A DNA stretch of 64,000 bases from Narcine bancroftii. Taxonomy: Eukaryota. Position numbers and translations under genes: made by a program. Of this stretch, positions 49,590-62,369 are shown one piece after another. A model generated the notes under the pieces. That model ran no database searches. It had not been told where the DNA came from and worked only from the letters and a program-made list of their open reading frames with translations. Within the stretch, counting starts at the first letter, position 1; the number at the start of each line of letters is the position of its first letter. The stretch lies in contig NC_091474.1 in NCBI RefSeq assembly GCF_036971445.1, positions 7,812,001 to 7,876,000 of the forward strand, in the 5' to 3' direction.

Positions 49590-49900
49590 AAGCTGGTGGC
49601 GAGCTGCCATCTTGAGCCACTGGACGGTGTCCACTCCCTTTTGCAGTGCTTTATGCTCAGGGGTATTGGTGTCCCCATACTAGACCATGATGCAACTGGT
49701 CAACACTTTCCACCACGCCTCTGTCAAAATTTGCCGAGGTTTCCGTTGTCGGACCAAACCTCCACAAACTCCTGAGGATGTCAAGCCAGTATCGGGCTTT
49801 CTTCACAATCCCATTAGTGTGCTGGGTCCAGGAAAGATCCCGAGATAGTGACTCCCAAGAACAAATTTGCTCACCCTCTCCACCTCTGATCCATCAATGT
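49590..49900 (-). mobile_element. Rex-type LINE fragment
   Basis: GGGCTTTCTTCACAATC...GGGTCCAGGAAAGATCC matches Rex-like segments elsewhere in the window. Confidence 0.5.
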
Positions 49901-50434
49901 TGTTTGGGAGAGAGTTCGAGGATTTTGACCCAGTGGTCACAAGATTTCCAAAGCAGGATGGGGCTTAGGAACCAATCATAGCATTGAGCTGTTTTGACTT
50001 CTACTTAAATGAGGAGTCCACGCTCTGCTGTGTCTCGAGGCCACTTGTTTGTTGTGGTGGAGAGGTGTATGGTCATAAACACTTGTTTCGCCTCCCCTGT
50101 GTTTTCTCTGCTGTTGCTCTGGCTGCCATGGAGACTGCTCCCTTTGCGGTGCAACTCCCTTCCGTAGTTGCCATCAGTATTTAACACAACACTGTTGATA
50201 CAACTACCCTAATGATGCCTTGAATGAAGATTACATGAATTTAGCAATTTTGTAGGAGTTTTAAAGCTGGCATTCCTGCCCAAGGGGGTTGTGGAAGCTT
50301 CATAGCAAAGCCAAAAAGATTTTTTGATAACATGGGCATTGAAGGGAATTGAATTGGAAGGTAGCACTGAGGTACAAGATCAGCAATAGTTTTACTTTCC
50401 TCTTTCGGGCTTCAAGCTGAAACCATGGTTTCAT

Positions 50435-50680
50435 TTTTAAAATTTAGACATACAGTGCGATAACAGGCCATTTCATTCCACGGGACCCTGTTTCACCTAA
50501 TTTACACCTAGTTTCCCTACATCCTCAGTGCATTTTGAATGGTGGGAGGAAACCAGAGCCCCTGGGGAAAACCCACACAGACTCACGGAAGAATACACAA
50601 ACTTCTTACAGACAGCGTGGGATTCAAACCCCAGTCCCAATCACTGGCGCTGTGCTAACCGCTACACCAACCATGCCACT
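50435..50680 (-). mobile_element. V-SINE/HE1-like SINE
   Basis: GGGAGGAAACCAGAGCCCCTGGGGAAAACCCACACAGACTCACGGAAGAATACACAAACT, plus a B-box-like GGATTCAAACCC. Confidence 0.75.
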
Positions 50681-51764
50681 CTGTAGCGCGGCAAATGAAG
50701 AGGAAACAGTTTCTAGGATTCAGTCAGAAATTCAGTTGTACGGAGATCTGAGTGCGGAGTCATCTGCAGCTGAGTTTTATATCGGCATACTGAAGGATAT
50801 AGGTTGGATTAAAGTAACACAGGAGACAGCATGTGTTACGTTAACACTTCTTTCATCCCCACTGATGCTGCTCGACCCCAACAGGTTCTTCCAGCAGACT
50901 GACTGTTGCTTTTGGTTTGACTAAAGTTTCTTTCTTTAAAACCTTTTATCAATATGTATGTAAATAGTAGAAGTAACAGGATTTCACAGCAGTACAGTGT
51001 CTACCTTTTATTATCTGGACATGAATCCCAAGCCAATAAAATATCTATCTAAAAGTGAATACATTTTCTTTTGTTTATGAAATATTCAACAACCGTTATC
51101 TAATTAGATATTTAATTTGATGTTCATAACAGTTAAGTATGAGCACACAAATTACTGCTTTAATTGCACCTTAAAACGGACAACCACTTTTTTTTCCTCC
51201 AAATATCCTGAACCAAAATGCCTTCTATTTTGAAATAAAGTGATATTTTGAAATAAAGTGAAAAACCTGTAATAGACATTTAATTTTCTTACTATTTTCA
51301 ATTGGGCTTGACCATTATCTTATTAGCTCCATTCCTCAATCTTCAGATGGCGCGTTCCCTCCCTTCTATTGACTCCTGCATGCATTATTTCCTCACTCCT
51401 CCCGACCCCAATGCTGGCTACCAACCGCGTGATGTTTTATCTGCAAACTTGATAATGCTCAAAATTGCGTTAAAATAATAAAAAAGTTATGCTTTTTAAA
51501 TGAGATCCACAGAAAACTGGGATGAGCAGCAAGAGAAGATGGAATGAATGTTAGAAAAGAAAGAAATAAGAGAGGGAGCAGCAGAGAACGGTTGGAGGAA
51601 TGAGAGAAGGAAGATATTGTGTGTGTCCGTCCATGTGAGCATGTGAAGACATTAATCAGCATTTCTGAATAGTTTCTCTGTCCACCTCTCTCTCCCATAT
51701 TCTGCTCCTCTACCCCACATCTTCTCCTCCATCTCCTTTCTCACTCTTGCTTCACTTCCTCTGC

Positions 51765-52200
51765 GACTTTGACTTTGGCTTGGCTTCGCGGACGAAGATT
51801 TATGCAGGGGTAATGTCCACTTCAGCTGCAGGCTCGTTTGTGGCTGACAAGTCCGATGCGGGACAGGCAGACACGGTTGCAAGGGAAAATTGGTGGGTTG
51901 GGGTTGGGTGTTGGGTTTTTCCTCCTTTGTCTTTTGTCAGTGAGGTGGGCTCTGCGGTCTTCTTCAAAGGAGGTTGCTGCCCGCCGAACTGTGAGGCGCC
52001 AAGATGCACGGTTGGAGGCGAGATCAGCCCACTGGCGGTGGTCAATGTGGCAGGCACCAAGAGCTTTCTTTAGGCAGTCCTTGTACCTCTTCTTTGGTGC
52101 ACCTCTGTGGCCAGTGGAGAGCTCGCCATATAACACGATCTTGGGAAGGCGATGGTTCTCCATTCTGGAGACGTAACCTAACCAGCGCAGTTGGATCTTC
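51765..52200 (-). mobile_element. 5'-truncated RTE LINE (3' end)
   Basis: Encodes KIQLRWLGYVSRM...CNRVCLSRIGLVSHKRAC and carries the family tail. Confidence 0.9.
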
Positions 52201-53894
52201 TGTATTTGCTCTCCATCTTCCAACTTATTCTTCTGCCCCCTTCCTTCCTCATCACTGTCCCTCTGTGGCAGGCAAATATTGACCTGGCACTCACTACCAA
52301 GATAGGAGGAAGCCATGGGGTTTATTTGAATTCTGAGAGGATTGTTGTTGAGAAGGAATGTCTTGATCTGAGCCTGATTAGATGGGAGAGTCCAAGATTC
52401 AATCCAACGCTGTTATAGGAATACAGTAAAAACACAAAAATGTCGGAGGAACTCCGCAGGCCTCGCAGCATCCACAGGAAGTAAAGATATATAACTGACA
52501 CGGAGCCCTTCTTCAAAGTATTATGTACATCTGAAACCCAAGTCAAAAGTGCAGGGCAGGAGGCTATTGTAAAAACAAGAAAAGAAACCTGAATTCTGCT
52601 TTCTCATTAGTACACATGAAAATAACTTTAAACATCTACATTTATTATCTTATTAGTCGTGTGTGCTAATGGAAATTAATTCACAGTTGTAACTAAAAAT
52701 ATTTGAGCAAACACAATTAGTTGAAAAATACTCACCTTTCTTTCCTTCACACCTAAAATCCTTCTGCAAATAGGCAAGTTCATGGATCCAGCAACAGGTC
52801 TCACCTGCCACAGGACCTGAGAGAAGATTCTGGGGAATTTCACCAAGCCTCTCTGCCACATTGGACTCCACACAGAGTCCAGCGGATGTGCAGAGAGTCG
52901 ATGACTTCCGCATTCCCAAAAAATATTTAAACACATTCAGTGCACATAAACAGTGCTTCTTTGCTTGCTAAGAAATGCTAGACTCTATAAACCAAAAAAT
53001 GTGCAGTGGATTGTATGTAACTAAATAATGCCTGTAAAGCTTGAATCTGGATATGTTTTTCATAATGCTGTTACGAAGCCCAATTAATTATTTTGCTGAA
53101 TAATTTTGTTCATCCAACATTATGGTTTCTCTGTAACTAGAAAATAGCGTGATTATCTTATTTGGATAAGCCCAAATTACTTGGACAAAGTTCAAGTATT
53201 GGACAGTATAAAATTATTTATATAGCTGTATGAAATATACTTTTGTCAGAATAAGTTGCATGTTTTCCCACATGCAGGAAACAATTAAACAGTAGTTAGT
53301 ACATGATAAAGATGCAGAACACTTTAAGAAGACATACCGAGAGAACCGAATATGCTAACATTGCCACACACAAGTATCTTTTCCACCATTGAGAAAGATC
53401 CCCATTAAGTAACTTATGGAGTGGAACAAGAGTGGACTATTCATCCTTATAAATTTATTTCTGTCATTCAGTTGATCATTCCATTTAGTCACTGTTAGCT
53501 GGTTATACTTTCACAATAAAATTCTTCAAATTTCAGTTTTGTATTTTTCAATTAACCCAGCATTCTTTGCATTTCAAGAGTGTATTCCAGTTTCATTAAC
53601 AACAAGAAAAAGTGCTCCAGTTTGAAAGCTCTGCTCCCCTTGTTTTGAGTTGCTCCACTCATCTCCAATTGAATAAAAGACAATTTCAATCCAAGCAAAT
53701 ATCTACATCATTTAAAGCACCTCGGTTAAATCACTCTTCACCGGTCCAGACTCATGGAACTCAAACCAAATGTGTGTCCTGAATTTTAATCCTGGAATAA
53801 TTCTGGCAAGTTTGAAAACATGTGAATTTTCAAAATATGCATTGTTGGGTACACAAAGTGAGAGTAATAGTTCAGAAGGGGACCTGATCGAGAC

Positions 53895-54100
53895 TGAATA
53901 CTGATACAGTGTCGGCGATTGGGACCGGGGTTTGATTCCTGCACTGTCTGTAAGGAGTTTGTACGTTCTCCTTGTGTCTGCGTGGGTTTTCCTTGGAGGC
54001 TCTGGTTTCCTCCCATCCTTAAAAAGATACCAAGGTTGTTGGTCAATTGGATATAATTGGGGAGCAAGGGCTCATGGATGAAAGGGCCTGTATGTTGAAA
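53895..54100 (+). mobile_element. V-SINE/HE1-like SINE
   Basis: V core GGAGTTTGTACGTTCTCCTTGTGTCTGCGTGGGTTTTCC...GGTTTCCTCCCA. Confidence 0.75.
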
Positions 54101-55729
54101 AATGTTAAATTTATAACAAACATAACTTCCTCTATCTTCATATTCCAGTTTTGTTTAAATTGGAGATAATTATACTATTTTTGATTTTTTTTTTCCCACT
54201 TTATGTACTTGGCCACTTTTATCCTTTAAGTATTGGTGAGGCCTTTATTTTTCTGCAGCTCCTATTTCTTTACCATAAAAAATGTCTATATGCCTGGATC
54301 AAAATTGAATGGGTTATATAACATGCATGTATTTGTGTGTCCATATTACTATTTATTTTTAGGACATCTCCAGAATTTAACAGTACTTCCAAATTTACCA
54401 AGCACCTTTAGCAAGATAGCCTATACTTAATTCAAGCACCATCATTGTATGCAAATCCACTTGCTCTGATGGCCAACGTTAACTATTTGTTGTACCTGCT
54501 TTCAGTGACTAGTGCACATGAACAATCAAGTCCCAATGTGCATCCCAATTAAACCCCACAGAAATAATCGGCCACCTTTCTGCTTTACAGAATGAAATGG
54601 AAAGTTCTAATTCATCCATATTATACTACATTTGTGGTTTTTGCTAATTTAGTCTTGAAACTTCTGCATCTCTTGCAAAATTCATATATTCACCCAGTTG
54701 AACTCTCCTCAATCCTGCTCCCAACTCTTTTCATCTAAATCTATTGGCTTAGCTGTTGGTTTTCTCCTCTGTCACACGTTCACCCAGCTTCCTTTTAAAT
54801 ATTTTTATACCAAACATCGCGTCAACTCCCTGTGGTAATGCATTTCCCTCTTTCACCGCTCTTTGATTTCTTGGAGACTCTCTCATATTGACAGTCTCTA
54901 ATTGCACTCTTCTCCTTGAATGGAAACATTCCTTCTGCATCCAGTCCACTAAACCTGCTCATAGATCATCTCACATCCTGCTCAAGAAATGAGAACCAGT
55001 CTGTTCATCCTTTCCTCAGCCCTATCCCTTACATTTCTGGCGTCATCTTTGCAAATCTTTTCTGCACCCTCTCGAGTGCCTCTATATCTTTTTATCTTCT
55101 GATACTTTCCCATGCAGACTGATGTTTGGACTATGATCAACATGGCCTGCCCAACATATCTGACTGAATGCAATTAGGCCCTCAATGCTGAGGATGTGGC
55201 CTAGAAAAGCACTCTTGTGTTGGCTCCCTGAACCTTTCAATAAACGTGAAACCTTTCATTTTCTGGAGTGATAGGCAGCCCAGGTCTCAGAATCATTTAG
55301 GAGGTCAGGAATCACAGCTGCACAATACACCACAAGCTTTCTTCTGGGTCTAAGGCATTTATTTTCAAATATGCTTTTCCTCCATGAATCAAAAGCTCTG
55401 CTGGTGCTCTGATGCCATCATCCTTGACTCCCGAGATACGATGACCGGGCCAACATTTTCCATGGTCTGATCATGGAGAGTGCAGAAGATTCAAGGATGT
55501 GACCGTATAATTTTTGAAGACGAGCAGTATCCCTGCAGGGTCGCAGGGACATCCAGCCAAGAACCATTCAAAGTGGAGAAGATGCACTGGGGATGTTACT
55601 GAGAACATGCAGCCCAGAGCACACCAAGCCTGTGTAAGCAGCAGGAGTGATCCGCTTCACAATCTAACCATCTGCCCACCACATCCTGTCCACGTGTAGA
55701 GAAATCTGCAACTCTCGTGCGAGCTTTAG

Positions 55730-56930
55730 ACAAATGACGATCCACGTTATTGACATTGTACCAATAAACCAGCCAATGAAATACAACCAGCATCGACCGG
55801 AAATAAACAAAAATAGCGCTAGATACATTACAATAAAACAAGTGCAATTAAAAACCAAGCACAAACTGTTAAAAAGTTCTGATTTGACAATGCGAGGGCA
55901 GTCCCACTCAGCGCCGTAACATAGTCACAGATTCGTTTAGAAAATCCTTGAGCCGACTGTTGCGTGATCAAAGGTTTCTACAGCGTCTCCCCAATGGGAG
56001 AAGAGTGAACAGCACGTGATTCGGGTGTCTTGCATCTTTCCCTAGAGATATTTTCGACAGTAGGCAAATGGATTCCAATAATCCGTTGGGGCAGCTTTCA
56101 ATACCCGCTGGAGTGCCCTGCGATCTTGTGCAATACAATTCCCGTACCACCCCAAAATACCATATGTTAGCAGGCTCTCAAATGTACATCTATAGAAACC
56201 CAACTGTATCCTGGGACCGAGGTGGATCTTACTCATTCTCCTCAAAAGAAAGACCCTGTTGGGCCTATTTAATCAGAATTGAAGAATCGAAGGACCAAGT
56301 GAGATTTTCAGAGAGATGGATATTAAGGAATTTAAAGCTCGGTCAACGCTCCACCACCCATTGATGTAAATCGGGGTGTGAGTGTGACTTCTGGCATGCC
56401 TGAAGTCAACGACGTTCTCCTTGGTCTTCTGAGTGCCGAGTGTCAAGTTGTTATCAGCGCACCACAAGGCCAGATGCTGAACCTCATCCCTATAGGCCAT
56501 TTCATTGGCCCCTTTAATCAGGCCCACCACCGTGGAGACACCTACAAACTTGATAGTTAAATCTGTACTGTACATAGGAACACCGTCGGAAATAAAGAAG
56601 GAATACAAAAGGGGGCTCAACACTAAATCCTGGGGCATGCCGGTATTCAAGGAAAAGAAAATATTGCCCAGTGTAACAGATTGAGGTCTATTTGTTAGAA
56701 AGTCCAAAATCCAATGACCAGGGATGGGCTGAAACCATGCAGATGAAATTTTGTTAGAGAGGAGAACAGTGTTGAAAGCTGAGCTATTGTTGATGAGTGA
56801 CATTCTAACATAGGAGCTAGACCTGTCCAAATGAGACAAAGCAGAGTGAAGCACTGTCAAAATGGCATCCTTGGTTGACCTGTTAGTACGGTAGGCATGT
56901 TGATGCAATGGAAGCAAAGCATCTTCAATC
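55730..56930 (-). mobile_element. Rex1/Babar LINE RT region, degraded
   Basis: Encodes AYRTNRSTKDAI, WILDFLTNRPQSV, VLSPLLYS and AYRDEVQHLALWCADNNLTL. Confidence 0.85.
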
Positions 56931-58072
56931 CTGAGGGAATTACTAAAATGTCCTGTTATATTATGAAAACCAGAAGTGTATACAATAGTTTATCTGTACT
57001 TTTACCAAGATTCACTCCAGGTTTAGTTTTACTTCCCCAATGTTAAATACTTAGTTTCATACATGAGCACATTTTCTACATTTTTACTTTCTGTCCACAT
57101 TTTGCAACCACTATTTTCAATTTTGCTAACAAACATACAGAATTTATCAAGTAACTATTTCAAGTTTTCCAGTTCTTGACCAATACTTGGAAATAAAAAA
57201 TGGTAGCACTGTGTTTAGGTGACTGCCATATAACAGTTTTTAGGTATTAAAACACGGCATCCTTAGTTAAAAAATTTAGTTTGCAATGTGCCAAACTAGA
57301 CCTATTACCCACTAAACAGAAAGCAGAACTTACACGTAAGGATGTAGCTATACAATTGTTCAGCCTTACTTAAAAATGAGTGCAGAAGGGCCCTTCCTTG
57401 ATATACTCAGATAAACATAAATTGGAAAATTCTGTGTTAATTTAATGTATGTTAAAGATGTTAACTAAAAAAAAGTGATGACCATAAGACTCAGGATAAT
57501 ATTAAAAATAGAATCATTTTGTAATAGCTGGGTCGAACGGATTCTCTTCTGCTGAGGCTCTGCGATTGGTAGCTACAGAACCAATATCAGTGGCTTGGTG
57601 AACTGTCTCCATATTAAATGCTAACTGCCATGATAAAACTCTGCATGGATCTGTGAATTAACAAATATGTGAAGGATTTTTCTCTTGCTTAATAAATGTT
57701 AAGGACAATGTGCAGACTTGCACTACATAAAATGAACTGTAAAAGTGCACAGAAACTCCAGTTTATATTTCGAAATACAATGATGCAATTACATCCCTGT
57801 TAAAGGACAGTTGTGTGCTTGGCTTTGAATGTAGCATGAAATGTTGCAACGTTTAATGAACTAAATCTGAAATTTATAATTCTATATGATCTGGTTTCAA
57901 TTTGTCAGCAACAAGACTTCTAATTTTAAATAGGAAGACAAACATTTGAGATTATTGATTGACAGGCATTCCAGATCAAATTAATATTCAAGAAAATTAC
58001 ATTTCTTCAAAGAAAAAAAAAGCACAATTTCCAAAAGTCAAATGAGGCACAAAATGATATTCCTTTGCTTAC

Positions 58073-58082
58073 CATTTAGCAT
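58073..58082 (-). CDS. c20orf204: C20orf204-like / IL-7-like cytokine, candidate coding exon 1 (ATG CTA AAT G)
   Basis: Kozak-like ACCATGC and strong donor ATG/GTAAGC. The 10 coding nt end in phase 1, as exon 2 requires, giving MLNVCPRLAT... Confidence 0.6.
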
Positions 58083-58359
58083 GGTACACTGGATAATCCA
58101 CAATATTGTGAATCGAAGTAATTAATGATCATTGTCAAACTTCTTTGGTGCAACAGTTACAGCTCCGCAGATCCATGTACCTCTCCGAGTAAACACCGAT
58201 GTGATGCATTGTTTTGGCATTTAGATTAATCCTCTTTAGCTAACTTCATTATAAATCAGCTCTGGTTGCTGTTGTGCACTTTGTGCCATGACCAGAGAAA
58301 GAGACAGAAGTCACTGCTTACCCTCGATGTCATTCAGCTCAAGCTTCATTGACTTCAAC

Positions 58360-58402
58360 AAACTTCCGTGACGAGCTGCCAGACTTTCACTTTCGTCCAA
58401 TG
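58360..58402 (-). promoter_or_regulatory. Interferon-responsive promoter cluster (ISRE/IRF-E, ETS, CRE half-site, CCAAT)
   Basis: GAAAGTGAAAGT on - (58383-58394), CGGAAGT on - (58362-58368), TGACG (58369-58373) and CCAAT (58397-58401). No obvious TATA box. Confidence 0.65.
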
Positions 58403-58501
58403 AAAAAAATTGGCATCATGTTCTTCATGTTTTGTTCAGGCTTTGTTCAGATGATCTGCACAGCAATTAAAAAAAAACCCAACATATTTTTAATACATTA
58501 C

Positions 58502-59590
58502 AAGACCATAAGACATAGGAGGAGAAATAGGATATTCAGCCCATCGAGTCCACCCCACTATTCAATCATGAGCTAATCCACTTTCCCACTCAGCTGCACT
58601 GCTTGGGCTTCTCCCCATAACTTTTGATGCTGTGGCGAATTAGGAACCTATAAATCTCCATCTTAAATACTCCAAATGACCTGGCCTCCACAACCACCTG
58701 TGGCAACAAGTTCCACAGATTTACCATGCTTTGGATGAAGAAATTCCTATGCATTTCCATTCTTAGCAGATGCCCATCAATCCTGAAATTGAGCCCTCTT
58801 GTTCATCTCTCACCAGAGGAAACAAAATTTCTGCATTTACTCTGTGCCTTTCAACATTCAAAATGCTTCAATTAGATCCTCCACCTTCCCCCACCCCCCC
58901 TCCCCCCCCCCGCCCACAACTGCCTCATTTCATTCTCCTAAATTCCAACAAATGCAAGTCAAGAGCTATCAAACGCTCCTCATGTGATAGCCCTTTCATT
59001 TCCGGAATCATCCTTTGAACCCTTTCCCTTTCCTTAAATGAAGAGCCCAAAACTGCTCACAATTCTCCATGTGAGGTCTCACCAGTGCCTTATAGAATGT
59101 CATCACATTCCTGCTCTTAGATTCTATATCTTTTGAAATAAATGCCAACATTGTATTTGCCTTCTTCACCACATGCAAGTTTACCTTCAGTGTATCCTGC
59201 ACGAGATCTCCCACATCCCTTTGCGACTGGGTACTTTCATTTTTCTCCCCATTTAAAAAAAATAGTCTGCCCATTTTTTTTCCTACCAAAGTGCATGAAC
59301 GTATATTTTCCAAGATTATATTTCATTTGCCACTTCTCTGCCTAAGTCCTTCTGCAGGATCGGTGTTTCCTCTACACTACCCGCTCCTCCACCTACCTTC
59401 ATATCATCTGCAAACTTGACTGCAAAGCCATTTACACTAATCCTATTCTCTCACATTCCAATCAACTCCCCCGGATTCTACCTTTTCATTCCACAATTCA
59501 AATCACTAACGTACAACATAAAAAGAAGCAGCCCCCCCCCCAACACTGACCCCCAATGGAATAAACACCATTAGCAACTGGCAGCCAAAC
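58502..59590 (-). mobile_element. CR1 LINE 3' part
   Basis: AGACCATAAGACATAGGAG tail. Encodes FYKALVRPHMENCEQFW. Confidence 0.8.
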
Positions 59591-61702
59591 CAAATTAGGA
59601 TCCAATAGTATATCACTTTTAATAATTTTAGTGTCATGTTTTAAAAAATAAATATATATCAGATACAAGCAACTGATCAAAGAGCAACATCATTTTTATT
59701 TGATTATTTTTGAAAAATGTTAATTTTTGATAATTAGAGATGGTACAGGCATAGATTTGATCACCTGGTGCCTCCAGCTCCAAATGACCAAACCTAACCT
59801 CTGATACTGTCTGTGTAGGGGTTTGCACGTTCTCCCTTGATTGTATAAATCATCTTCCACATCACAATGAGGTGATCGGTGGTTTAATTGGAAGATTAAT
59901 TATCTTTAATGTAACGGTAGAATCCGGGGGAGTTGATTGGAATGTGAGAGAATAGGATGAGTGTAAATGGGTGATTTTGATGGTCTCAGGGAACAAAGGG
60001 ATCGGTTTCTGTGCACTATGTTGTATGAATTTTTGAAAATATTTTAATACATTATTGAAAGTAAAATATCATACATCACAAGGCTGAATTGAATGATCAT
60101 TAGGAAAAGGGCATGAAACACTAAAGTTTGCAGATCCTGTGATTGTAGTAAAATGGTGGATGAACTCAGCTGGTCTTGCAATGTCCATAAGAGGTAAAGC
60201 TATATTACAGATGTGTTGGGCCTTAGCTCTTCTTCAAGGAATAAGAACGAACAGGAAGGCGCAACAATAAAGACAGAAGGCTAGCCGAGGGGGGGGGGGG
60301 GGGGGGAAGAGCCCATTCCAACAAAAGGGGTTAATTGGATAAGGTGAAAATTGAAGAGATTTTGCAGTGGACCAACTGAGTTGTGTGAAACACAAAAGTC
60401 TGCAGATGCTGTGATAGAGGAATAGGGAGGATTCTGGCTCGTAGGAACACCCTGCAAATTGATACTATTCCTTTATGATCATTTAGTCCAAATCCTAGAA
60501 CTCACATCAGCAGAATTGTGGGAGTGCAGCACCCGATGGACTTATCAGTTCAAGAAGGCAGCTCAACAACATCTTCAGTAGGGTAATTAGGGGAGGCCCA
60601 GCAATACCACATTCAGAAAAAAAATGAATACATTAAAAGTTGCTACGCTGCAATGATTCACTCCCCAAACAAATCGGATTGGTTACTCATTTAAATCCGA
60701 TCTCCTTGGTTTTGACATTGATTTAGAGGTATTTTATACTTTCGTGCAATTATTTGAATTTTGGGTAGCTCGCAGTCAAAAGGAAAAGCTCACTCCTTAA
60801 AGTAATACAATCATTAAAGAGAAATGGGCTTATTATTATTAGCTACAAAGGGATAAAGAGGTAACATTGCCCAAGAGATACAGCACCAAAAATGATAAAG
60901 GGTCGGAGTCATTGTAATCAACTAAACACAGAATGGCTAAGAGTTACTTTACTGGCTCCAGGGAACGACCCAATTGTTCTCTGCGTTTGTCTTCAGATTT
61001 GTGCTCTCTTATATTAAGACCTTAGACCAAATACATGAAACATTTATCAAAGTTTGCAGATGACACAAGTGAGAAATATATATTAAAAAAACAAAGAGAA
61101 AACAACTCGGAACAAAAATGGCAAGGTCAAATATCTAACAAATTTAATGCAAAGATAAATTATTATATTGGGTAGAAATAATAAAGGACGGCAAGACAAA
61201 ATGGTCCAATTCGCATGAAGGTGTTGGGAATGTACATGCACAGATGACAGAATAAGAATTCCTTTATTCATTTGTGGGATGTAGGCCAACATGTATTAAT
61301 GCCTAACTGACCTTGAAGATGCGGTAGGTTGCTGTCTTGCACTGCTTTATAATCATTGATCTGTGTTGCACCTTCACTGGGTTGGCACCTCATGGTTCAG
61401 TTGTTTCTGCACTCAGCATGCCTTTCTGCACTTGAAAATGCTGTATACTCTCGAGTTACGCAGCTTCTGCAATTATTTGCTGACGGCAGATATCTAGCCA
61501 AGCTTCTCAATATTCCAATCATAGCTCACAGTGATTGCTCAGAGTGCAAGTAAGCTGAAAATTCACTGGAAATACTTTCACCAGTCATCATAATTCTTTA
61601 AAAGACTACTAAATGTATTTCAAGCTGCATCAAGAAATTATTCTGGATGTGTAGAGCTTAAGGAAAAATAGTTTGTTTTAAATGCAATCATTTACATTTA
61701 AA

Positions 61703-61708
61703 CTTTAT
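61703..61708 (-). terminator. Candidate PRPF6 polyadenylation signal
   Basis: AATAAA on - about 420 nt after the PRPF6 stop. Confidence 0.4.
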
Positions 61709-62126
61709 TAAAAAGTAAACACTCTTACATGTCCTTTGACAGATAAGAGAACTTTAAGAACTTGCTCGGACAACAAAACATCCAAATATTTCATACATTT
61801 TTGCTGTTTGCTTTGTTTCAGCAATACAATCAAGTGATATTTAACTTCCTATTTTAAGCTTCAACAGTTACTACACTAACCAGCATCAAGCCTTTAAATT
61901 ATCCACTGGTTAATAATAATGGAATAACTTTAAAAAAAAAGATATCGTACACAATTACACAAAATTTTAACCCAGCAGAGAATGTCACAGGAGTTGGAAT
62001 AATTCTCATGTAATTAAATTACACAGGGGCAGGAAGACAGAGCACAGATCTAGATTTCTGCACTGAAGTACTATAGACTTATCCAACTTAAAAAAAAATT
62101 AACACCAAATATCTTGAAACATCTAT

Positions 62127-62279
62127 TTAAAAGGTATTTTTTATTTGAGCAGCTACAAGCATAAGAATTTCTCCAATTTTCCTTTGCCAGTTTCTGATGT
62201 CTTTGGATACTTCACACCACAGCTCTCCATGTCTTGGTTCTGCATTTTCACACCGTCGTTTTACTTCTTCATGCTGTTC
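62127..62279 (-). CDS. prpf6: Pre-mRNA processing factor 6, last coding exon (rest of gene lies right of the window)
   Basis: Acceptor GTTTCATCCACAG. Encodes [50 protein letters not shown], matching the vertebrate PRPF6 C-terminus ([21 protein letters not shown]...IKNTF). Confidence 0.95.
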   Translation of the reverse strand, partial: EQHEEVKRRCENAEPRHGELWCEVSKDIRNWQRKIGEILMLVAAQIKNTF

Positions 62280-62369
62280 CTGTGGATGAAACATGACTAA
62301 AGTTAATCTGAATCTTATTTCTACCAAAAAAACAATTTATATTAATGCATAAAGCACAATTGAGGGAAC

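Noticed and set aside
55495-55540. RIIFEDEQ resembling C20orf204 IIFEDLQ
   Set aside because: Wrong strand, bounded by stops, and inside a degraded RTE 3' region.
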